Of a stretch of DNA of 64,000 bases, positions 56,654 through 64,000 are shown in pieces. Made by a program: the position numbers and the translations under genes. Location: assembly GCA_965198225.1 (NCBI GenBank), contig CBDAOY010000008.1:832001-896000 (forward strand), given 5' to 3'. The notes under the pieces are model-generated. The model was not told where the DNA came from and did not search any database. It saw only the letters and a program-made list of their open reading frames with translations. Numbering within the stretch: the stretch's first letter is position 1; each line of letters opens with the position of its first letter. This stretch comes from Terriglobia bacterium (GTDB lineage: Bacteria > Acidobacteriota > Terriglobia > 20CM-2-55-15).

Positions 56654-57388
56654 ATGCGGAATCTGAAGTTGACGCTCGCCTACGACGGCAACCCGTTTCG
56701 CGGCTGGCAGTTTCAGCCGGACCTTCCCACCGTACAAGGCGAACTCGAGCGGGCGCTCGAACAGATTCTGAACCACGAGGTGACGACTCACGGCTCGGGA
56801 AGAACCGATGCGGGAGTCCACGCCCACGGTCAGGTCGCCAGCTTCCAAACGGACCGCTCGATCGACATCGATGCCCTAATGGCAGGAGTGAACGGCCTGC
56901 TGCCGACAGAAATCCGGGTTCTGTCAGTCGAGGAGGTCCCTCTGGACTTTCACGCCCGGCTTTCCGCGAGGGCCAAGACCTATGAGTATCATCTCTGGAG
57001 GTTAGCGGTCGTACCTCCGTTCCGGCATCGCTACGTTGCGGCCATCGGTCACTTTCTCGATCCGGATGCAGTCGATCGAGCAACGCGAGAATTCTGTGGC
57101 ACTCATGATTTCACTTCCTTCTGCTCGGCCTCTACCGAAGCGGTGGACCGGGTCCGAACCGTCCATGAAGCCGTATGGGAGCGTGACGATCAGGAATGGG
57201 TCCTGAGCATCCGTGCCGACGGGTTCCTGCAGTACATGGTGCGCACAATCGTCGGCACGCTGGTCGAAGTCGGTCGTGACCGAATCTCTGCGGCGCATGT
57301 CCCCGAGATCATCGCCGCGAAGGACCGGACCCTGGCCGGCCCTTCAGCCCCGGCCCAGGGCCTGCATCTGGTCCGGGTGGATTACTGA
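56654..57388 (+). CDS. truA: tRNA pseudouridine(38-40) synthase
   Basis: GWQ, GRTDAGVHA and FLQYMVRTIVG motifs. Confidence 0.95.
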   Translation: MRNLKLTLAYDGNPFRGWQFQPDLPTVQGELERALEQILNHEVTTHGSGRTDAGVHAHGQVASFQTDRSIDIDALMAGVNGLLPTEIRVLSVEEVPLDFHARLSARAKTYEYHLWRLAVVPPFRHRYVAAIGHFLDPDAVDRATREFCGTHDFTSFCSASTEAVDRVRTVHEAVWERDDQEWVLSIRADGFLQYMVRTIVGTLVEVGRDRISAAHVPEIIAAKDRTLAGPSAPAQGLHLVRVDY

Positions 57389-57393
57389 CCGTT

Positions 57394-57507
57394 GGAAATT
57401 GGAGATTGGAGATTGCAAATCGAAGATTGGAATCAAGATCCGAGATTGTCGGACATCCGCTGCCCACCCGATAGGAAATGTCGAATCCGCAATTCCCAAT
57501 CTCCGAT
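57394..57507. repeat. Inverted degenerate ATTGGAG heptamer arrays
   Basis: GGAAATTGGAGATTGGAGATTGCAAATCGAAGATTGG ... AATCCGCAATTCCCAATCTCC. Confidence 0.65.
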
Positions 57508-57565
57508 GCACAACCACTGTGGATACATTAACTTTTCGATATAAAGTGGTAAGATATCCCCCATC

Positions 57566-58330
57566 ATGTCGAGCGCGGAACAAGAGCTCACCCGCCTGAT
57601 CGATCCGAAGTCGCTGCCGGTACATATCGCAGTGATCATGGACGGTAACGGGCGCTGGGCGCGCAAACGCAAGCTCCCGCGCGTCGCCGGACACCGAGCC
57701 GGGATCCAGGCGGTCAGGGAAATTGTGGAAGCATCGGCCGAACTCGGAGTCCATGTGCTGACCCTCTACGCATTCTCGACGGAGAACTGGAAACGCCCGC
57801 GGCGAGAGATCCAGACGTTGATGGAATTACTGCGGGAGTACCTGGGCAAAGAGCTGGACAACATCCACCGCAACAACATCCGATTCGGTACGATCGGTGA
57901 CACTCCGCAGCTTGGCCCGGCAGTACAGCAGGAACTGGACCGGGCCATTGAACGGACCCAATTCAACGACGGGTTGCGATTCAACGTAGCGTTGAACTAC
58001 AGCGGTCGCAACGAACTCGTACACGCCGTGAACGAACTCCTAGACGAAGCTAAGGAGAACCCGCGCCTGCTCGAAGGGGTTACCGAAGAAGACCTTTCGA
58101 AACATCTCTACACCCGGGACCTGCCGGATCCCGATCTGCTGATCCGCACGAGCGGCGAGCTCCGTGTCAGCAATTTCCTTCTCTGGCAGATTGCGTATTC
58201 TGAAATCTGGGTCACTGACACGCTCTGGCCCGATTTCCGAAAACGCCATCTCTACGAGGCGATCATCGGGTTCCAGAAGAGGGAGCGCCGATACGGAGGC
58301 CTGATTCCCGCCCTGGTCCGCTCACGATGA
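57566..58330 (+). CDS. uppS: Undecaprenyl diphosphate synthase
   Basis: IMDGNGRWA, FSTENWKRP and RTSGELRVSNFLLWQ motifs. Confidence 0.95.
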   Translation: MSSAEQELTRLIDPKSLPVHIAVIMDGNGRWARKRKLPRVAGHRAGIQAVREIVEASAELGVHVLTLYAFSTENWKRPRREIQTLMELLREYLGKELDNIHRNNIRFGTIGDTPQLGPAVQQELDRAIERTQFNDGLRFNVALNYSGRNELVHAVNELLDEAKENPRLLEGVTEEDLSKHLYTRDLPDPDLLIRTSGELRVSNFLLWQIAYSEIWVTDTLWPDFRKRHLYEAIIGFQKRERRYGGLIPALVRSR

Positions 58331-59088
58331 GCCGAGTCCTGACCGCCGCTCTGGCGATCCCCCTGGTCCTGTCCATCACCTACTGGGCCCCTCCCTGGCT
58401 GTTCAGCCTGGTTGTGGCCGCGGTCGCTACCCTCGCCCTCGATGAATTCTTCGGTCTGGCCGCCGGCTGGGGTCTCGCCCGCCCCTCCCGATGGGCTCTC
58501 ATAGTAGGAGCCGCGGTCACGCTGTCGTTCTACGGGGGCGTCGGTTGGACGCTGGGAACCCTCGTCGGGGCGCTGCTGCTATTGATGACGGTGTCGCTCG
58601 TCGACGGGGAGGTTGGAACCTCTCCCCAGCGGGTCATGGTCGGCGTGACCGGCATTTTCTACGTATGCGGTCTGGCCGGCTTTCTGATTCTGATGCCGCG
58701 ATTTGCTGTATTCGTACTGTTCGGGATCATCTGGCTCGGGGATTCGACGGCGTACTACGGCGGCCGCGCATTCGGCACGCATCGGCTGGCCCCGCGGATC
58801 AGTCCGGGCAAGACGGTGGAAGGGGCGATCGCCGGTGCGGTAGCGAGTGTCGGCCTGGGGACTTTCCTGGGCCACGAGTTGCTGGGGCTGTCCTACTCCT
58901 GGCTCCTGACGGTCTCATTGATAACCGCCGGGGCAGGGCAAATCGGAGACCTGGCCGAATCGGCCTTGAAACGTGGCGCGGATGTGAAAGACTCCGGTGC
59001 CACGTTGCCAGGTCACGGCGGTTTTCTCGACCGAATCGACAGCCTTCTGTTTGCCGCTCCGGTGTTCTACGCTTTGCTGCGCGCATGA
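58327..59088 (+). CDS. cdsA: Phosphatidate cytidylyltransferase
   Basis: ISPGKTVEG and KDSGATLPGHGGFLDRIDS motifs. Confidence 0.95.
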   Translation: MSRVLTAALAIPLVLSITYWAPPWLFSLVVAAVATLALDEFFGLAAGWGLARPSRWALIVGAAVTLSFYGGVGWTLGTLVGALLLLMTVSLVDGEVGTSPQRVMVGVTGIFYVCGLAGFLILMPRFAVFVLFGIIWLGDSTAYYGGRAFGTHRLAPRISPGKTVEGAIAGAVASVGLGTFLGHELLGLSYSWLLTVSLITAGAGQIGDLAESALKRGADVKDSGATLPGHGGFLDRIDSLLFAAPVFYALLRA

Positions 59089-60248
59089 AGAGATTGAGCA
59101 TCATCGGTTCGACCGGCTCGGTCGGAACCAACACGCTTCGGGTGGTCGAGCATCTGTCCGATCAATTCGATGTCTTTGCGCTCTCGGCCCGAGCCAGCGT
59201 CGAAAAGCTCGCCCGACAGACGGAGGCCTTCAAACCGAGCCTCGTCGCGATCGCCGATCCGTCTAAAGTCGACCCCTTTGTCGAGGAATGCCGTCGCCTG
59301 GAAGTCCCCGTCCCGGAAGTCCTCCATGGAGACCCGGGTCTGTGCCAGATCGCCCGAGCCCCCGAAGTGGACATCGTGGTGGCTGCGGCCGTCGGTGCTG
59401 CCGGGTTGGAATCCACCCACGCAGCGCTCGCAGCCGGCAAGCGCGTGGCGCTGGCCAACAAGGAAGCCATGGTTCTCGCTGGGGAGCTGCTGCTCAACAC
59501 CGCTCGGAACGCCGGCGGACTCATCATTCCGGTCGACAGCGAACACAACGCGATCGACCAGTGCCTGAGGTCCGGGCGACGTCATGAGGTCGGGCGCCTG
59601 ATTCTCACGGCTTCAGGAGGGCCTTTCCTGAACACCCCGATCCGTGAATTCTCCTCGATCACTCCGGCGGCGGCGCTGAAGCATCCGACCTGGAAGATGG
59701 GACCACGGATCACGATCGACTCGGCAACGCTGATGAACAAGGGCTTCGAAGTCATCGAGGCGCGATGGCTTTTCGAGGTCCCGGCCGGCGCGATCGATAT
59801 CGTCGTCCATCCCCAGTCAATCGTCCATTCAATGGTCGAATTCGTCGACGGTTCGATCGTCGCCCAGCTCGGTACGGCGGACATGAGGCAGCCCATACAG
59901 TACGCGCTGACGTATCCCGAAAGACTTCCCTCGTCGGTCCCGGCGCTGGATTGGACCGAGATCCAGTCCCTGGAATTTGACCTGCCTGACCGCGACAAGT
60001 TTCCCTGTATCGGAATGGCCTATCGCGCGATCGAGATGGGTGGGACCACCCCTGCCGTGCTGAATGCGGCCGACGAGGTCGGCGTGGCTGCATTCCTGGA
60101 TCAAAGCATTGCCTTCACCGACATCTCGCAGATCATCGCAAAGACTCTCGATGCTCACGAAGTCATGCCCGCCGATACCGTCGGTGCGATCCTCGAGGCG
60201 GACCGTTGGGCTCGGGAATTCGCCATGGCCGCTGGTTCCCGCACTTGA
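59085..60248 (+). CDS. dxr: 1-deoxy-D-xylulose 5-phosphate reductoisomerase
   Basis: GSTGSVG, LANKE, PVDSEH and NKGFEVIEA motifs. Confidence 0.95.
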   Translation: MKRLSIIGSTGSVGTNTLRVVEHLSDQFDVFALSARASVEKLARQTEAFKPSLVAIADPSKVDPFVEECRRLEVPVPEVLHGDPGLCQIARAPEVDIVVAAAVGAAGLESTHAALAAGKRVALANKEAMVLAGELLLNTARNAGGLIIPVDSEHNAIDQCLRSGRRHEVGRLILTASGGPFLNTPIREFSSITPAAALKHPTWKMGPRITIDSATLMNKGFEVIEARWLFEVPAGAIDIVVHPQSIVHSMVEFVDGSIVAQLGTADMRQPIQYALTYPERLPSSVPALDWTEIQSLEFDLPDRDKFPCIGMAYRAIEMGGTTPAVLNAADEVGVAAFLDQSIAFTDISQIIAKTLDAHEVMPADTVGAILEADRWAREFAMAAGSRT

Positions 60249-60361
60249 GAGACGACGCTGTAACCCTTTGTAGGAGGCACCGTCCAAGGTTTCAAGGCGG
60301 AAAACGGTAAACGCTTCCATGGTAGTATTGGGAGAACTGACCCCATAAATAGAGGAGAAGG

Positions 60362-61690
60362 ATGATAGGCACGGTTATCTCGAACATCTTCGTCGCACTG
60401 CTGGTACTGGGTGTGATTATCGTCATCCACGAACTCGGCCACTTTCTCGTCGCAAAGTTCTTCCGTATCCGGGTCGAGACCTTCTCGGTCGGCTTCGGCC
60501 CTCGATTAATCGGCTACAAGTACGGTGACACCGACTACCGGATCAGCGCGTTTCCGCTGGGTGGCTACGTCAAGATGTCGGGAGAAAACCCCACCGACGA
60601 GGTTACCGGCGACGAACACGAGTTTACGTCGAAGCCGAAGTGGCAGCGCTTCCTCGTCGCGTTCGCGGGTCCTGCGATGAACGTCGTGCTGGCGGTCGTC
60701 GTCCTGACAGGTCTCTACATGTACGGTAGCGAGGTACCCGAGGTGCTTCAAGGCGAAGCACGGGTCGGTATCGTCCAAGAAGGGTCTCCGGCGAGCCTGG
60801 CCGGTGTGCTACCAGGCGACATCATAGTCGAACTCGCAGGCACACCAAACCCGAATTGGCAACAGGTCGAAACCGAGATTCTGATAAGCCCGGAAGGGGC
60901 GATCCCGATCGTCCTCGATCGAGACGGGCAGGCGATCGAAACGACCATCACGCCGGAAACCTACGGGCCGTCCGAGGTTGGATATAGCGGGATGGGACCC
61001 CATGTTCGGGTCGTTGTGGCCAACTACTCGAGACCGGATTCTCCGGCTGAGAGGGCGGGAATCCTTCCGGGCGACGAGATAATCGCCGTCGGGGAAACAG
61101 ACCTGCGCCTGTCTGGGTCGTCGATCCAGGAAATCCTGCAGGGCGTGCCTTACGACATCGTTCCGATCACAGTGCTCCGGGGAGGCGAGACGCTTCAGCT
61201 CGAGGTCGAGCCCGAGATGGTTGACGGACAGCGTATGATCGGGATCTCGATTCCGATACCCACAGTCATGATCAAACTCGGCTTCGTCGATGCCGTCGGT
61301 CGATCGATCCGTACCAACACCGCCAACGCGATGCTGATTCTCGACGTCCTCGGCAGACTATTCACGCGTCAAGTCTCGATGCGGTCGCTGGACGGCCCGA
61401 TCGGAATCGTTGCAGTTTCCGGTCAGGCGGCACAGGCAGGCCTGACATCGCTACTGAGCCTCACGGCACTGATCAGCCTCAACCTGGGGCTCCTGAACCT
61501 CCTGCCTATTCCCATCCTCGATGGCGGGGTCATGCTGCTTCTGCTGATCGAGGGGGCTATCCGACAGGATCTGAGTCTGGCGCTCAAGGAACGGATCGTG
61601 CAGGTGAGTTTCGTGTTCCTGCTCATGCTTACGGTGGTGGTTCTCTACAACGACATCGTCAAACGGTTGCCCTCCAACCTCTCCCCCTAG
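60362..61690 (+). CDS. rseP: RIP metalloprotease RseP
   Basis: HELGH, two PDZ domains and NLLPIPILDGG. Confidence 0.95.
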   Translation: MIGTVISNIFVALLVLGVIIVIHELGHFLVAKFFRIRVETFSVGFGPRLIGYKYGDTDYRISAFPLGGYVKMSGENPTDEVTGDEHEFTSKPKWQRFLVAFAGPAMNVVLAVVVLTGLYMYGSEVPEVLQGEARVGIVQEGSPASLAGVLPGDIIVELAGTPNPNWQQVETEILISPEGAIPIVLDRDGQAIETTITPETYGPSEVGYSGMGPHVRVVVANYSRPDSPAERAGILPGDEIIAVGETDLRLSGSSIQEILQGVPYDIVPITVLRGGETLQLEVEPEMVDGQRMIGISIPIPTVMIKLGFVDAVGRSIRTNTANAMLILDVLGRLFTRQVSMRSLDGPIGIVAVSGQAAQAGLTSLLSLTALISLNLGLLNLLPIPILDGGVMLLLLIEGAIRQDLSLALKERIVQVSFVFLLMLTVVVLYNDIVKRLPSNLSP

Positions 61691-61707
61691 CAGCCCGTGG
61701 CAGAACG

Positions 61708-62145
61708 ATGAGGAAGATCTCGCCGGAAATGCAGGTGTTCACCGAATACTTGGAGCAGAAGCGGTTAAAGCGTACGCCGCACCGCAAGCTCGTACTCGAA
61801 ACCTTTGTCGAGGGAGAGGGCCATCGCAGTGTCGAGGACATTTACCGTGAGGTCCGGGACCGGGACTCCCGCATCGGTTATACGACGGTCTACCGTGCGA
61901 TGAAGCTGCTGGCCGAGTGCGGCCTCGCCCGGGAGATCGATCTGGCCGACGGCGTCACGCGCTACGAACACCTGTACAACCACAGCCACCACGACCACCT
62001 GGTGTGCACCGAGTGCGGGGATTCGATCGAGTTCTTCAATGCCGAAATCGAGAAGGCCCAGGATGCGGCTTCCGAGCACCTCGGCTTCAAGGTGCTCGAC
62101 CACCGTCTCCAGATCTACGGGCTCTGCGAGAACTGTCGAGATTAG
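61708..62145 (+). CDS. fur: Fur family transcriptional regulator
   Basis: TTVYR, HHDHLVCTECG and GLCENC motifs. Confidence 0.88.
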   Translation: MRKISPEMQVFTEYLEQKRLKRTPHRKLVLETFVEGEGHRSVEDIYREVRDRDSRIGYTTVYRAMKLLAECGLAREIDLADGVTRYEHLYNHSHHDHLVCTECGDSIEFFNAEIEKAQDAASEHLGFKVLDHRLQIYGLCENCRD

Positions 62146-62335
62146 CCCGCAACTTCATCAGACCTCCGGTGTTCCGTCTCAAGCACGAGAACTTCTTTTG
62201 CATCAATCGTTTATGCCGGTTCCTGCCAGGAAGGCATGGGTGGTTGCACCAAAACGGGGCCTGATCCTAGAACGGTTCACAAACTACTGATACATTTGGC
62301 GTTATACCGGAACAACAAAGGGGGCAAAAAGGCGG

Positions 62336-63304
62336 CTAGAGCAACCTCGAGGACAACTCGAGGGCGGTTCGCAAGGCGGTTTCCATCCCATCCGCATCTG
62401 CGGTTCCGTGACCCGCGATCGCGAAAGCGGTGCCGTGATCGGGCGACGTTCGCACGTAGGGCAGGCCCAGCGTCACATTTGCAGCCTTGTGGTGGGCAAC
62501 CAGCTTGACGGGAATCAAGCCCTGGTCGTGGTAGGGGGCGACGACGACATCGAATTCACCTGCATGGGCTCTGGCATAGATACTGTCTGCCGGATACGGC
62601 CCGGAAACTTCGATCCCCTCAGCGCGACATTTCCGCGCTGCCGGACCCAGGATCTCTTGCTCTTCGGACCCGAACTGCCCATTCTCTCCAGCGTGCGGGT
62701 TGAGCGCGGCGAGCGCGATGCGCGGTGGTGGGTTCCCCATGCGTCCGAGCTCCGACGCGGTCAGTCGAATCAGATCCACGTACAGGGAGACGCTGAGCGC
62801 GCCAACGGCCTCGATGAGCGCCATGTGCCTCGTGGCAAGTACTACCTTGAGCGTCGGAGTGAAGAATGCCATCGCGAAAGCTTCGGCGCCGGCCCGTCTG
62901 GCGAGAAACTCCGTCTGGCCCAGGAAGTCACGCCCGATGCACTGCTTGCTGAGGGGGGCGGTCACCAGGGCGTCGATCCGTTTCTCCAGGGCTGCGTCAC
63001 TGGCGGCTTCCAGCGACGCCAGAGCGCGACTCCCGCTTTCGGGCGATCCCCGGCCCCACTCGGGTGGGGTCTCCTGTCCAGGCAGCGGAGATAATGTCAG
63101 TCCGGGGCCCGTCTCGACGGTGGAGGCATCGAAGGCGGTCCAATCGAGGGCGGTGCTGAAGCGTTGGTGGCTGCGTTCGAAGGCTGCGCGATCGGAAAAG
63201 AGGATCCAACTTGCCTCAGACAGGAGTGGCGGAAGGGCCTTCAGCGTTACCTCGAGGCCGATTCCCGCGGGGTCTCCCGCACTGATCCCAATGGTCGGTT
63301 TCAT
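62336..63304 (-). CDS. pdxA: 4-hydroxythreonine-4-phosphate dehydrogenase
   Basis: GDPAGIG, LNPHAGE, YHDQGLIP and RTSPDHGTA motifs. Confidence 0.93.
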   Translation of the reverse strand: MKPTIGISAGDPAGIGLEVTLKALPPLLSEASWILFSDRAAFERSHQRFSTALDWTAFDASTVETGPGLTLSPLPGQETPPEWGRGSPESGSRALASLEAASDAALEKRIDALVTAPLSKQCIGRDFLGQTEFLARRAGAEAFAMAFFTPTLKVVLATRHMALIEAVGALSVSLYVDLIRLTASELGRMGNPPPRIALAALNPHAGENGQFGSEEQEILGPAARKCRAEGIEVSGPYPADSIYARAHAGEFDVVVAPYHDQGLIPVKLVAHHKAANVTLGLPYVRTSPDHGTAFAIAGHGTADADGMETALRTALELSSRLL

Positions 63305-63312
63305 AGACGAGT

Positions 63313-63615
63313 CTAGTGGCCGTTCTCGTCTTCCTTGTACATGTACTTGATGTTGTGTTTAAGGACGAGCAAGTTGGGTCCCGATGTACGGTTGACCTTG
63401 ATGCAGTTCTTGTCGTACCACTCGATGACGCCGTGGAGCTGCTCGCCATCCTTGAGGACGAGCACCATCGGGGTCCTGTTCTGCATCTGCTTGACGTAGT
63501 AGAAATTTTCGGCGTTGGTTTGATCGGTTGGAGCCGCCTTCCTGCGGGTCTGTCGGACTGTCATCTCTTCTTTGAGGTCCGACAAACTGGGCCGAATCAA
63601 CTTCCTGTTTGACAT
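63313..63615 (-). CDS. hfq: Hfq-like Sm-fold RNA chaperone
   Basis: [21 protein letters not shown]...LVLKHNI Sm1/Sm2 pattern. Confidence 0.7.
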   Translation of the reverse strand: MSNRKLIRPSLSDLKEEMTVRQTRRKAAPTDQTNAENFYYVKQMQNRTPMVLVLKDGEQLHGVIEWYDKNCIKVNRTSGPNLLVLKHNIKYMYKEDENGH

Positions 63616-63697
63616 TTCTTCCTCTCTGCAGAATCTCAGAAACTAAATATCGCCTTGCGTGTCACGCGTCGGGCGAGTCTATCCACGCAGAAGACCC

Positions 63698-63971
63698 GAG
63701 GTTCCGTCAATAAGTGTGTAAATAGACATCAGGCGGCTTTCTCCTCGGTGACTTGGTTGACTGGAACTCCATTGACATATTGGGCGCCTTGGTAGACATC
63801 CTTCATCAAGTGCGGAGCCTTCAAACGGCGAAATCTTTTCTCAGCGACCAGCAGCATCTTCCAGATGACAGCCCGTGCGTGGCAACATCTGCGGACTACC
63901 AATCCAGTGGAGTCTCCCTTCTCTGCTCTGCGACTGCGAACCGATGCCGCTCGAAGGTTCAAGAAAGTGGC
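63698..63971 (-). mobile_element. IS256-family remnant: terminal IR, transposase C-terminus and an inverted internal segment
   Basis: IR GAGGTTCCGTCAATAAGTGTGTAAA (63698-63722); minus strand ARAVIWKMLLVAEKRFRRL...KAA*; plus strand WQHLRTTNPVESPFSALRLRT (63880-63971). Confidence 0.8.
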
Positions 63972-64000
63972 CCCTCTTAAGGCCAGATCGAAATCCCCCT

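Noticed and set aside
62146-62335. IHF-like site (62202-62213) and a sigma54-like AGGCATGGGTGGTTGCA
   Set aside because: GG-GC spacing is 11 nt rather than 10, and the region lies between convergent genes.

Overview
GC-rich bacterial chromosomal segment. It is most likely Acidobacteriota, inferred from the Acidobacteria-type VWA protein, paired DUF507 genes, bshB1 and an Hfq-like paralog. Most of it is housekeeping or catabolic: ribF, ribA, mazG, gcvTH-PA-PB, moaD-E, ldcA-mpl, map, tatAC, ctpA, aroB, ubiE, pilD, truA, uppS-cdsA-dxr-rseP, fur and pdxA, plus many peptidases and amidohydrolases. It also holds tRNA-Asp, tRNA-Ala, a probable 6S RNA, a complete class C group II intron and a scrambled IS256 remnant at the right edge. 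The intergenic space carries several families of REP-like or MITE-like palindromes and inverted short tandem arrays. The most interesting unannotated signals are: (1) an AT-richer B12-radical SAM gene next to tRNA-Asp, preceded by a 38-aa ORF that shares an identical 14-nt RBS block; (2) a GTAG-REP family that is almost identical to part of the putative 6S RNA; (3) a sigma54/IHF-type promoter pointing into a structured region of about 310 nt with no credible ORF, downstream of a truncated PilS-like kinase; (4) a leaderless 50-aa ORF; (5) several clean truncations or fusions that may be real deletions or assembly chimeras. All product calls come from motif recognition by eye; no database search was run.
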